IMG/VR virus record: IMGVR_UViG_3300032293_002041
Location: 164,973-228,972 of that record
Direction: 5' to 3' (one strand)
Length of the DNA stretch: 64,000 nucleotides
Shown here: positions 22,127 to 32,432 of the stretch, piece by piece
Layout of the letters: each line of letters begins with the position of its first letter
Numbering within the stretch: the first letter of the stretch is position 1
Program-made: the position numbers and the translations under genes
Notes under the pieces: generated by a model
The model's input: the letters and a program-made list of their open reading frames with translations, nothing else
Told to the model about the DNA's origin: nothing
The model's database searches: none

Positions 22127-23146
22127 CTATATAAATGACGACGGCGTGAATGTTGTTCCGTTTGGGTATCGACAGCCGTCCGTAATCAGAAGTTCATCGA
22201 TATAGCCGGGAAGAGCATATACGCCAGCGTCAGACAACGCACCGACCGTCAGGGCACCGCTTGCTGTGCCAATGGTTCCAGAGCCAGACGAAACATTTGC
22301 GGACGCCACCTGAGTGCCGTTCTTGTAGAGCCGGAAGAAGCCGCCATCCCGCACAACAGCGATGTGAACCCACTGGTTCAGCGGCAGGGCGGCGGGGTCC
22401 ACAAGCTCCACAAACGGAGTATTCCCTGTATTGAAAACAGAAAAACCCAAATTGTTGTTTTCGGTTTGTGAGTTTATATAGAGATTCCAGTGCCGTGCAT
22501 TTCCTAAATTGTCGCGACCAACTATGCCACGATAATCATTTTCAGCCGTCACATAAATCCAGCACTCCACAGTGCAGTCACCGTGCATGATGTCCCAAGT
22601 TGAACCGCTGCCGTACTGAAGTCGCCTTGTTGTGGCATTGCCAAACGCTGACCCGACAAACAGCGAATGAGTGCCGCCCTTTGTCTGGTCCGTTGACCGC
22701 GCTGGACCCGACCCTGTCTGGCTGGCTGTTAGCCCCTGCGCGATATCGTCCAAGCTCGTATCGAAGGTCAGCAACAGTCGTGCGGGAAACGGTGTCGCCG
22801 CACTACTTGCGGCCGTATATGCCCCGACGCCTACGCTGTTGATAGCCGCCACGCGGAATCGATATGCTGTACCGTTGGTAAGTCCTGTGACTGTCGCACT
22901 CGTCGCAGTCGATGTCGCCGTCATAAACGTCGTCCATGTCGCACCGTTGTCGGAACTGTACTGCTTCGTGTAATCTGTAATTGGAGTTTGAGGTAGTACA
23001 GTCGGAACTGACCAAGAGAGCAACACCTGCTCATTCCTACCGGTTGCAGTCAAACCCGTAGGAGCAGGAGGAACCAACAGAGATCGCAAAACAGAATCTG
23101 ATGTATCTCCAGAAAGTAAAGTTGTTTGTATTTTTGAAAGAGGCAT
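22127..23146 (-). CDS. FN3 plus LamG virion protein (GC-rich body)
   Basis: APTGLTAT...VTGLTNGTAYRFRVAA; DCTVECWIY...QWVHIAVVR...LYKNG...GYIDEL. Confidence 0.8.
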   Translation of the reverse strand: MPLSKIQTTLLSGDTSDSVLRSLLVPPAPTGLTATGRNEQVLLSWSVPTVLPQTPITDYTKQYSSDNGATWTTFMTATSTATSATVTGLTNGTAYRFRVAAINSVGVGAYTAASSAATPFPARLLLTFDTSLDDIAQGLTASQTGSGPARSTDQTKGGTHSLFVGSAFGNATTRRLQYGSGSTWDIMHGDCTVECWIYVTAENDYRGIVGRDNLGNARHWNLYINSQTENNNLGFSVFNTGNTPFVELVDPAALPLNQWVHIAVVRDGGFFRLYKNGTQVASANVSSGSGTIGTASGALTVGALSDAGVYALPGYIDELLITDGCRYPNGTTFTPSSFI

Positions 23147-23308
23147 AATGGTTATTTAAATAAAGGTTGTAATTAGTAGGTTTATGATAATATACACTAT
23201 ATTGTTACTACTCCTATGAGATGCTCAGTGTGGCGGTGCCGCGGTCGCTTGGTGTATACAAGGGTAGGGTGCCGATTGTGTCGCAGATTAGGAATTCGAT
23301 TAAGTGTT

Positions 23309-23851
23309 TCACGTCGCACTCCAAGCAGCCGGATCGACCATGAAGCGCCACGACCAGACGACTCGCTTGACGTTGCCATTAACTTGGGAAACGCCATGAA
23401 TCTGTTCCGACAGAAGATAGACCAGCGCGTCTCCTTCCCGCTGCTCTCGCTCCACGCCGTCAACGCTCACTACGCCGCCTGACGCTGGAGCGGAAAGCAA
23501 TGCGTTTACGCCGACACACACCAGACCGTCCTGCCGGAAATGATGGTCAACGTGTTCTGGAAACTCTCCGCCTGGAAGGAGAACACCAACCGTCATACCG
23601 TCTAGGAATCGCTGAAGCGAGCCCCCCAGCATCGGGAACCGCTCCCTGATACGGCCATGCACCTGATAGGCGACTTCGGGGAATCCGCCAGCCTCCACCA
23701 CCGCGTTGCTGTTTGAGATTTTACGCAACAAATACGACTCGCCGTCCGCAGTTCTTGCGTCTCCAAGGCACTCCTCATTGGTGTCGCACCACGCCAGCAG
23801 TGAGGCTCGTTCGCTCTCGCTAACAAAATTGCTTAGAAGAATAACGCTCAT
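23309..23851 (-). CDS. 2OG-Fe(II) oxygenase (prolyl-4-hydroxylase-like)
   Basis: GGEFPEHVD (HxD), GG...GDAL, HGVSQV...KR; TAATG overlap with upstream gene. Confidence 0.75.
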   Translation of the reverse strand: MSVILLSNFVSESERASLLAWCDTNEECLGDARTADGESYLLRKISNSNAVVEAGGFPEVAYQVHGRIRERFPMLGGSLQRFLDGMTVGVLLPGGEFPEHVDHHFRQDGLVCVGVNALLSAPASGGVVSVDGVEREQREGDALVYLLSEQIHGVSQVNGNVKRVVWSWRFMVDPAAWSAT

Positions 23852-25842
23852 TAGTTGCAGTCCTGTTCAAGAGTGATTGACGCAAACGGCCCCGTCCCAA
23901 CGGCATTGACGGCAGCAACTTGGAACAAGCCTGTGGGCGCGTGGTTGTCGATAAAACCGCCCGTATAAGACCCTGCGGGCCGGGTTCCGCTGGACGGAGC
24001 CACACTGGTCGTCGCTCCGCTACCGATTCGCCAAACGTATCCCGTAATTGCCGACCCGCCGTTAGACACTGGTGTGTTCCACATAGTATCGTTAGACGAA
24101 CATCCCCAGTAGCTGTCGGCATTTCGCAGTGAAGTCGGAGCATCAGGAACGCTCGCCGAATTCGGCATCACGGCACTCGATGCCGCCGAGTAGCTTCCTG
24201 TTCCGATGCCATTCGTCGCCGCCACACGGAATACATACGAAGTACCGTTGGTCAACCCTGTTATTGTAGCATTCGTAGCTGTCGATGCAGTCGCAGAAAA
24301 GGTCGTCCACGTTGTTCCGCTATTTGTGCTGTACTGTTCGAGATAGTCTGTGATCGGAGCCTGCGATATCACACCCGATGGCGCAGTCCATGATAGTGAT
24401 ACCTGACCGTTGCCAGCGGTAGCCACAAGGTTAGTCGGAGCAGCAGGTAAAAACAAGTTCCACTTAGTAGTATCATCACTAGTTATAATAGCTGTTGTTC
24501 CGCTAATAGAAACATTGATTCCGCTTCCAGCAATTATATTAGTAATTGGCAACAAACCGCTAACACTACTATTAAAATTAGTAATATCACTAACCGTATG
24601 AGAGTGTCCACTAACACTAACATTAACATTATTAAGTTGTAATGTTTGGGTAAAGTTGCCACTATTAGCACTTATATCTCCAACTACATGCAGTTTGCTG
24701 GTTGGCAGAACTGTTCCAATACCAATATTTCCTGAAGATGTTATTCTTAGTCTTTCTGAGAGTCCAACATTAAAGCTAGTAAAAGTTTCTGGACTATTAT
24801 CATTATTATTAATGGTAAATTGACCAGTCTTATATTTAGCAATATCCACTGACGTATTTGTGGTCCCAGATACATTATTTGTAACTAATCTTAATATGCT
24901 TCCAGCGCTAGAAGAATTATTTAAATTATTAATATCTAGATATCTTAATGAATTTATGTTTTCTCCGCCCACAACAACATTACCATCGGTATTTATTTTA
25001 AATCTATCATATCCAGAGCTGGCTATAGCTAATGATTTGCCAGATGGAAAATAAAACCCTGTTGAAAGATCGTTCGACGAACTAATGGCTGGATTTGAAA
25101 CTGATCCTGGAGTTATACCGGTTAAGGTAGCGATTGCTGTTGTTCCATAACCAACTCCCCAAAAAGTTAAACCACTAGCTGGAGCTTCGGTAAAAACTAT
25201 GTTTGATCCACTAATACTATATGATAAAATTGGTTCTTGGGCTACTCCACCAACATAAATTCCTAAAGTATTTGAGCTAACAGGATAATAGGCTGTTCCG
25301 CTGACTGATAATTCAAACGATGTGGACGAGTTATTAAAAGATGAACTAATATTATCTAGTTTAACATAGTTATTAGAACTAATAGAGGGTAGTAAAGTAA
25401 TGTATTCTAGAACTGTTCCGGATGGTACGCTATTAACTAGACCGACAGAATTACCATCTGTTGCAATAAAATCGCTACCACTTAATAATTTAACACCATT
25501 TTGAAATAAATCTAAATAACCAACAGAATAACCTTCAGAAATATTAAAAGAAGATAGTATTCCTGTAGTAATAATATTTCCCCTTGCTGCCGCCGATCCT
25601 CCACCGCCACTTGCTGTACTATTAATAGTATAAATACCACTATTTGAACTTACAGTAATATTGCTACCAGCAACTATATTAGTAACTGGTAGTAATCCGC
25701 TAACAGAACTGTTAAAATCCGTTATATTAGAAGATGTATGAGTATGTCCAATCAAGCTAACGCCAGTACCGTTAATCTGTAAACTTTGAGTAAAATTACC
25801 ACTGTCAGCTATGATATTATTAACTTCAAATTGTGTACTCAT
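23851..25842 (-). CDS. Tail-fibre protein with HxH repeats and C-terminal FN3 domains
   Basis: GHTH/GHSH repeats; GNIGIGT..PTSKLHVVG; two FN3-like units at the C-terminus. Confidence 0.75.
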   Translation of the reverse strand: MSTQFEVNNIIADSGNFTQSLQINGTGVSLIGHTHTSSNITDFNSSVSGLLPVTNIVAGSNITVSSNSGIYTINSTASGGGGSAAARGNIITTGILSSFNISEGYSVGYLDLFQNGVKLLSGSDFIATDGNSVGLVNSVPSGTVLEYITLLPSISSNNYVKLDNISSSFNNSSTSFELSVSGTAYYPVSSNTLGIYVGGVAQEPILSYSISGSNIVFTEAPASGLTFWGVGYGTTAIATLTGITPGSVSNPAISSSNDLSTGFYFPSGKSLAIASSGYDRFKINTDGNVVVGGENINSLRYLDINNLNNSSSAGSILRLVTNNVSGTTNTSVDIAKYKTGQFTINNNDNSPETFTSFNVGLSERLRITSSGNIGIGTVLPTSKLHVVGDISANSGNFTQTLQLNNVNVSVSGHSHTVSDITNFNSSVSGLLPITNIIAGSGINVSISGTTAIITSDDTTKWNLFLPAAPTNLVATAGNGQVSLSWTAPSGVISQAPITDYLEQYSTNSGTTWTTFSATASTATNATITGLTNGTSYVFRVAATNGIGTGSYSAASSAVMPNSASVPDAPTSLRNADSYWGCSSNDTMWNTPVSNGGSAITGYVWRIGSGATTSVAPSSGTRPAGSYTGGFIDNHAPTGLFQVAAVNAVGTGPFASITLEQDCN

Positions 25843-28547
25843 GGTATAAAGTCTACTAGTTTAGTGTTGAAAGATTGAATATATGTATCGGCCAAGTATC
25901 CTCCAACTTCAGTTAAAGATATACTACTGACCCAATTAATATCTTGACTTGATCCACCTTGAACCTGAATCAAAAGATAAACCCCACTAATCAAAGATCT
26001 AACATCCCAAGAAGAGTCTGTTTCTCCGAGGGTTGTTTTAACTGGAGTTCCAATTATAGATGGAGAATTAATATCATTAACTACTAATCCTTCTAGTTTA
26101 TAAGCAGCATTATCTGGTTCCGATAAACAACGTCCTACGATATTAGCGCAAAAAGAATATGTTTTATTTGGTTTCAAAAATACTCCACTACTATTATTGT
26201 TCTGTAAACTGGTCCATGAGGATGTTGACGTTTGATTTCTTAGTACGTACTGACTAAATTGAGCATCTCCATCGGTCTCAAATTTTCCGTTGGATATAAT
26301 AGTTTGTCCAGAAGAATATATTAAAGCATTATTTCCAATAGACACTCCACTCTGACTAACTGAGAAACTACTAGAAGTCCCAGAAGGATTCACCATTAAT
26401 CTATTTCCATCGAAAGTCAATGATCCTTCAGCATCTATACCAGTACTTGAGCCATCGCTTGTTAGTACTCTATTATTTGAGTAATTATTTATTGATACTC
26501 CACCGCCACCTCCGGTATGGTTGATAGTATAGGTACCACCGGAATTAGAAATATATATTCCTGTTCCGGATATTATCTCTTTAACGGAAATTAAACCACT
26601 CACTGAGCTATCAAAATTGGTTATATCAGATGCTATATGAGAATGACCACTAATGCTAACTGTCGTGCCATTTTGTTTTAAAACAGTAAAATCCCCGCTA
26701 GGACCAGATATTGATCCTGTAAAAGAAGCACCGGATAAATTAGCTTTACCAGCTAAAGTATTAGTAATCGTTGTGCTAAAATTAGCATCATTTCCCAAGG
26801 CGGTTGCTAATTCATTTAAGGTATCTAATGTTGATGGGGCAGAGTTAACAAGATTGGTGATTTCTGTTCGAACAAATTCTGTGCTAGCTATCTGGTTTGT
26901 ATTAGTTCCACTATTTGCTGTTGGGGCTAAAGGAATTCCTGTAAAAGTTGGACTATTATTAAATACTAATAATCCAGAACCAGTTTCATCAGATATGATA
27001 GAAATTAACTGAGAAGAAGTTGTGCTAGAAAACTGATTTAAGGTCCCTGTTAATGGGGCATAAACTCCGTTAACTAATCCACTAACAGAGGAATTAAAGT
27101 TAGTTATGTCACTAGAGCTATGAGTATGACCATTAAGACTAACACCCGTATTATTTACAGTTAGATTTGTAAAATTTCCACTAGTAGAATTTATTAAGCC
27201 ATTAGATGTAAGTCCATTAACAAAATTATGAATTGCATTAACTGTTCGATTATTGTCCGTATGTAAGTATTGAGAGTGATCATCGTCACCCAACCCGAAT
27301 AAACTTCCATGATCATTCTGAGTAACTCCAGCAACAGTACTAATTACGGCTACTCTTATATCAAGAATACTAAGTAAAGTACATTTAGGAACATTTGTAT
27401 AGCTGTTGCTATCAGCAGCAAATATTAATCGATAAAGAGGTTTAACTTCGCTTAATGGAAGATTAGTAAGATTAACATCGCCCCAAGAGTTATGATTCTC
27501 AGCCGATCCTTGATTACTATCTACCCTCTGACCCATAATACTAATTATGGGATCGTCAATCTGATTAGTTGCAAGAATCCATACTGCAAAGTATCTCTTT
27601 GCTCCACCGGAACTAACATCGGGAATTGTCCAAGTTCCACCACTTAATAAGTTATATTGTGGTCCATTAGCACCATATTTAACAGGGTAGTCTGTTGCGA
27701 TATTCTTAACCCACTGACCAGTAGTTCCTTCGTGATAATAAACGGGAATTTGAGCAATTGGACTTAATTCTTGACAGAACGGATCAGCACTAGAACTATC
27801 AGTAATATTTATCTCAATATCTTCTTGATAAAGAGTACCATTACCAATTGATATAGTTGCATGACTATTACTAGACCCATTTCCGCCTAAAACATAATTA
27901 CCAATACTCAAACCGTCAACATATTGTGCGCCAAAAGTATAATGAATCCACTTATGAGTGCTAGTGTCCATCACAATACCATGACGTTCTTCAGCAAAGA
28001 AAGTCATTTGTCCACTAGGACCAACTCCACTGTTCCAAGCTACGTATGCGATAGGAATATCAGTAGAAAAATCAAAGCTTGTAGTTTTATTTGATATTTG
28101 ATTATTATTAGTGTCAAAATGAATATAATTAATTTGGGTAAGATTTGGTATAGTTAAACTATCACCACTAGTTTTAACAACTTTAATACCCTTATTATAA
28201 TAACTATACGAACTTCCTGTGGGTTCTATTCTAAATATATTTCCACTAACACTAATTCTACTATCAGTTCTATTAACAAATCCTTGAGGCTGTTGACTAT
28301 CAACATGAACTAAGTTTGTGGAAGCAACAGTATAAATACCGCTATTATTAGTAATAGATATATCATATCCAGCTGTTATATTCTGATTGACTCCACTAAG
28401 TTGTGTCCAAACCGAAGTACCATCTCCTATCTTAAAGACTTTATTAGTTAAATCATACCCTGGCTCTCCACTAGCTAATACAGGATTAACATCGCTCCAT
28501 TGAGCTGCTGTTCCTTTACGAAATGTGATTAGGTCATTAACGGCCAT
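25839..28547 (-). CDS. Tail-fibre protein with Mtd-N-like domain
   Basis: ITFRKGTAAQW..VNPVLASGEPGYD...KIGDG; APTA..GTNTNQIASTEFV; APSTLDTLNELATALGND. Confidence 0.8.
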   Translation of the reverse strand: MAVNDLITFRKGTAAQWSDVNPVLASGEPGYDLTNKVFKIGDGTSVWTQLSGVNQNITAGYDISITNNSGIYTVASTNLVHVDSQQPQGFVNRTDSRISVSGNIFRIEPTGSSYSYYNKGIKVVKTSGDSLTIPNLTQINYIHFDTNNNQISNKTTSFDFSTDIPIAYVAWNSGVGPSGQMTFFAEERHGIVMDTSTHKWIHYTFGAQYVDGLSIGNYVLGGNGSSNSHATISIGNGTLYQEDIEINITDSSSADPFCQELSPIAQIPVYYHEGTTGQWVKNIATDYPVKYGANGPQYNLLSGGTWTIPDVSSGGAKRYFAVWILATNQIDDPIISIMGQRVDSNQGSAENHNSWGDVNLTNLPLSEVKPLYRLIFAADSNSYTNVPKCTLLSILDIRVAVISTVAGVTQNDHGSLFGLGDDDHSQYLHTDNNRTVNAIHNFVNGLTSNGLINSTSGNFTNLTVNNTGVSLNGHTHSSSDITNFNSSVSGLVNGVYAPLTGTLNQFSSTTSSQLISIISDETGSGLLVFNNSPTFTGIPLAPTANSGTNTNQIASTEFVRTEITNLVNSAPSTLDTLNELATALGNDANFSTTITNTLAGKANLSGASFTGSISGPSGDFTVLKQNGTTVSISGHSHIASDITNFDSSVSGLISVKEIISGTGIYISNSGGTYTINHTGGGGGVSINNYSNNRVLTSDGSSTGIDAEGSLTFDGNRLMVNPSGTSSSFSVSQSGVSIGNNALIYSSGQTIISNGKFETDGDAQFSQYVLRNQTSTSSWTSLQNNNSSGVFLKPNKTYSFCANIVGRCLSEPDNAAYKLEGLVVNDINSPSIIGTPVKTTLGETDSSWDVRSLISGVYLLIQVQGGSSQDINWVSSISLTEVGGYLADTYIQSFNTKLVDFIP

Positions 28548-28642
28548 TATGTAAGCTTCCTAATATTGGGTGGTTCATTAAATATAATACACCCAAGGCC
28601 ATTTTTAGCAAACCGATTGGTTTTATAGCTAATATTAAACAA

Positions 28643-30403
28643 TCAAGGAATATAATCTATACTTAATGAGGCAGAATAGGTGGAGTAGGTGTCAGAGGAT
28701 ATCACAGCAATAGGAGCACTTGGTGGAGACGGTTGGCTTGCTCCACTAGGGGTCATCTCAACAGTTTGTATAGTATATCCAGTTCCATCAGGAAGACCAT
28801 CAATAGATAAGTCTATTGGAATACCGTCGCCTATTAAGTATTCTTGGGAAAAATATCTATCATTTCCAGCATCAACTAAAAGCCTGTGACCATAAGCATC
28901 TTCATTAATTGCTGATGGCGGCGGTATATAGATACTACCAATATCGGGGCTACCAGACGGAGAGCCAGATGGGGCGGCAATATCCAAATTTGGAGTTTCC
29001 TCTGTAATAGCATAAAAATCGCTGAAATTGGTCACTTTTGCACAAATAGTTTTTGTGCTAAAACTGGGGGCTTGTGCGCCACTTAATATTGTGGTGTCTA
29101 CTACTTTTTGATTAGCTTCTTTATGTAAGATTCTTACCTTATTAAAGGTAGCAAGAGATGTGGTACTAGGCAATGTAAAACACACCGTTATATCACCAGA
29201 ATGTGCTGCGGTGGTAGAGAGATTGTACTTAGCTAATGTATTGCTAAGATAAAAATTAGCCGGAAGTGATGGTGGACCATATTGAGGTAGAGGAGAAACT
29301 ACTGTAGTTCCAGTAGATGATATATTACTAAAATTGAAAGCTACTCCAACATCATTAACAACATCTGTTACCTTTGGAATTACTATATTATTGCCTGTAC
29401 TTGTGGGTGATGATACATTAATTATTTTAACTGTACCATCTCCAATAGCGCTAGCATTGACCTCAAGAGGCGTTGTATCACTTTGTGTGGCAAATTTCCA
29501 GTAACCCTTATTGGTACCATTGCCCTTATAGTAAGCTGCTTTATACCATTCATTCTCGGATGGTATCCAATATAAAGCATCACCATTCTTATGTATGATG
29601 CCCGTGGATGCGTTGTTTAAAGTATATGCCCCAGTCTCTAATGATCCATAATTATTATGTAGCCAATTACAATATCTAGCTAAACTAAACCAACTTAAAA
29701 AGTATACTGGTTTATTTCCATAATTAGACTTAACCGAATAAGTATATGATCCAGATGAGCCGCTTCTGGTGATTCCTCCAACTCTTTCGGAACTCATTTG
29801 AGTAGAATATAATGATCTTGGATCAGATGCTGCAACAGTATTCAAAAAAGAACAATAGACATCATTTGTAAGAGTATATTTTCCAATCATAAAAGAATAA
29901 GAAACGGCCCCATATCCATTGGTATCGGCAGTATTTCCAGCATCTCCAACTGTAACAAATCCAGATAGAGATAGGGGGTTAGCTGAGGTGGCTATTCTTC
30001 CTCCCCAGTCTTGATCTTGTGGCTTTCCTTTATTTTTATTGGAATTCTGAACAAATCTTGGAGGATTAACTGATCCTCCAGCTACTGTTTTAGTATATCT
30101 TGTTGCTTTTGTTGCATCATAACCAGCAATCTTGGATGCCCATCCATCTAGATCTCCTCCTCTGATAGCTTTAAAACTATTACCTGGACTATCTACCCAT
30201 TCAAAACAATTTCCTGTTTGATCAAATGTTCCATAATAACTAGGAGCACCATTGCTTCCGACGCTGGTGAAATTGTTTCCACCATTCCATTTTGCTGCTC
30301 CTCCTATAGCAGCAGCGTTATATCCGCTAATGATATCATTTCGTAAAAGAGCTTTACCTTCTTTAAAATTTAATTTGCTTCCAAAACTAAAAAATGATAC
30401 CAT
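28643..30403 (-). CDS. FGE-sulfatase (SUMF1, C-type lectin fold) domain protein, apparently circularly permuted
   Basis: FVTVGDAGN...YGAVSY...IGKY..TN..Y..FLN...KPV...SW...ARYCNWLHN...IPSENEWYKAAYY; YGTFDQ.GN..EW segment lies N-terminal. Confidence 0.75.
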   Translation of the reverse strand: MVSFFSFGSKLNFKEGKALLRNDIISGYNAAAIGGAAKWNGGNNFTSVGSNGAPSYYGTFDQTGNCFEWVDSPGNSFKAIRGGDLDGWASKIAGYDATKATRYTKTVAGGSVNPPRFVQNSNKNKGKPQDQDWGGRIATSANPLSLSGFVTVGDAGNTADTNGYGAVSYSFMIGKYTLTNDVYCSFLNTVAASDPRSLYSTQMSSERVGGITRSGSSGSYTYSVKSNYGNKPVYFLSWFSLARYCNWLHNNYGSLETGAYTLNNASTGIIHKNGDALYWIPSENEWYKAAYYKGNGTNKGYWKFATQSDTTPLEVNASAIGDGTVKIINVSSPTSTGNNIVIPKVTDVVNDVGVAFNFSNISSTGTTVVSPLPQYGPPSLPANFYLSNTLAKYNLSTTAAHSGDITVCFTLPSTTSLATFNKVRILHKEANQKVVDTTILSGAQAPSFSTKTICAKVTNFSDFYAITEETPNLDIAAPSGSPSGSPDIGSIYIPPPSAINEDAYGHRLLVDAGNDRYFSQEYLIGDGIPIDLSIDGLPDGTGYTIQTVEMTPSGASQPSPPSAPIAVISSDTYSTYSASLSIDYIP

Positions 30404-30442
30404 GAGTTTCTCCTAATTATATATTGCTTAGTCTATTTAGTA

Positions 30443-32152
30443 TCAAGGAGTTCCACCATCTATGGAGCAGTAGTGCAGGACTGTGGGGGTCGATGCGCTG
30501 GCTCCACTGATTCTGGTGAGACCGTCTAATACTGTGCCACTGGTTGATAAATTAATAGTGGTTGTACCGAGAGTAAATCCACTATAGGCTAATTTACTAA
30601 GAGCAATCGAAGCATTAGATGCTATGTCGCTATCAGTAATAGATCCACTAAGGTTTAATTTGCTATATTGAATAGCGGCAGTACTACTAATGTCTGAGTT
30701 AACAATGCTACCAGATAGACTTAACTTATTATACGCTATATTACCAGCCAACATTGTGCTAGTAACGGTGCCGGTATCTGTTGTATATATCCCGTTTGTG
30801 ACTGTGCTAGCGTTACCACTTAAGCTACCAAGAAAATATCCGCTAGTATAAATATTACCACCAGTAAATTCCCATCTATTAGCCGATGTGTTCCACACAA
30901 CTGACTTTGTATCAGATCCAGTATAAACCTCCATACCTCCAGTATTAAGTCCACTAGTATTAACTCTAACAATATTATCTCCAATTTCTACTACGGTACT
31001 ATTAACTGTCGTTGTAGTTCCTTGAACCACCAAGTCGCCGCCAACAGTAACATTACCAGTAGTAGTAATAGTATTAATAGCTGTTATACTCTTATTAGAA
31101 TCAAGCACCAATGCTCTACTAGCGCTAGCAGTACCTGCACTTACTCCAGAAAGATAGGCTAATTCATTCAGGGTCGCTTTAGTTGAAGCATCTGTAATAT
31201 TACTCCAGGTATGAGTATGTCCAACAAGAGATACTCCCGTTGTATCAATATACATTTTGTCGTATACTTCATCATATGTAAGTTGTATGCCCGTTCTTCC
31301 AACTACTTCGGTGGTTGCAATATTACCGAGATCAGTAATAAAAGAACTAGGAATACCTGTAACCCTAATAGTCTGGACTCCTCCACTATTAGATATTCCA
31401 ATACCGCTTCCTTGCACTAGGCTCTTTACTCCTAGTAATCCGCTAACCCCACTAGCAAAATTAGTAATATCGTTAACAACATGAGAATGTCCAGCTAATG
31501 AGTAATCTCCACTATTAAATGTAGATATGGTACCTAGACCAAGCGTTGTTCGTGCAGAAGCAGCATCAGCATCATCTATTAAACTGCGACCAAAGCTAGT
31601 AATAACTCCAGTAGTATAAGTGTCGCTACTAGTAGTATAAATATAATTATCACTAGTTGTGGTTAGTGATGCTATGCTTGCTAATCCAGAATCATATGCT
31701 TGAATATTACTGCCGATAGTTAATCCAGTAACAGATATTGTTACAATATTTGTGCCAGTATTATATGACAGATCAATATTATTGCCTTCAGCTAATCCAC
31801 TATTAACAATATTCATTACTTGACTTAGGCTAACTGCAGCTAGAGATATTCTATTATCAACAGCGTTATTAAAGTCATTCATCTGACTAGATGTTATACC
31901 GCTAACACTAATAGTAACGGTTTCACCATTTGCTGAAGGATTTACATATATCCCACTATTCCCAACGAATCCAGTCGGAACAACTGCCGCATACTTAAGA
32001 GTATTCCATGCTGTTGATCCATCTCCAATCTTAAACCGACCTGTGTCTGTTTCATAGCCAATTTCGCCAGCATATAAAACCTGATTTGTCCATTGATTAA
32101 CCCCTGCGGCTGCTGTGCCTCTTCTGAACTGAATTCTTGTATTAACTGGCAT
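30443..32152 (-). CDS. Tail-fibre protein with Mtd-N-like domain
   Basis: RIQFRRGT...VLYAGEIGYETDTGRFKIGDGSTAWNTLKY; SLIDDADAASARTTLGL; HxH repeats. Confidence 0.8.
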   Translation of the reverse strand: MPVNTRIQFRRGTAAAGVNQWTNQVLYAGEIGYETDTGRFKIGDGSTAWNTLKYAAVVPTGFVGNSGIYVNPSANGETVTISVSGITSSQMNDFNNAVDNRISLAAVSLSQVMNIVNSGLAEGNNIDLSYNTGTNIVTISVTGLTIGSNIQAYDSGLASIASLTTTSDNYIYTTSSDTYTTGVITSFGRSLIDDADAASARTTLGLGTISTFNSGDYSLAGHSHVVNDITNFASGVSGLLGVKSLVQGSGIGISNSGGVQTIRVTGIPSSFITDLGNIATTEVVGRTGIQLTYDEVYDKMYIDTTGVSLVGHTHTWSNITDASTKATLNELAYLSGVSAGTASASRALVLDSNKSITAINTITTTGNVTVGGDLVVQGTTTTVNSTVVEIGDNIVRVNTSGLNTGGMEVYTGSDTKSVVWNTSANRWEFTGGNIYTSGYFLGSLSGNASTVTNGIYTTDTGTVTSTMLAGNIAYNKLSLSGSIVNSDISSTAAIQYSKLNLSGSITDSDIASNASIALSKLAYSGFTLGTTTINLSTSGTVLDGLTRISGASASTPTVLHYCSIDGGTP

Positions 32153-32180
32153 AATTGATGTACCTTTTTAAAAGTGTTTA

Positions 32181-32432
32181 TTACGGCGTACCACAATCAA
32201 ACTCATAATGGTCTAAATAATAATCAACACCATCAATTCCATACTTCTTAATTTTATCAAATGATATATTGTCTGGTAAATCGCTAACTAAAATTTTTTC
32301 GGTATTTACAATTTCCAAATCATATGTTTCATATCTTTCAATATCAATATTGTTTATGTTACTTAAAAAACTAGTTTCTACTGTGACAGTAGTAATAGCT
32401 GGATCAATAATTTCTACAACAAAATCACTCAT
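32181..32432 (-). CDS. Small acidic hypothetical protein
   Basis: 83-aa ORF overlapping the upstream stop; ends FDCGTP like the DGGTP end of the next gene. Confidence 0.6.
   Translation of the reverse strand: MSDFVVEIIDPAITTVTVETSFLSNINNIDIERYETYDLEIVNTEKILVSDLPDNISFDKIKKYGIDGVDYYLDHYEFDCGTP

Noticed and set aside
820-32152. Diversity-generating retroelement
   Set aside because: Mtd-N-like and FGE domains are present, but there is no reverse transcriptase and no TR/VR pair differing only at adenines. The internal duplications vary at all bases.
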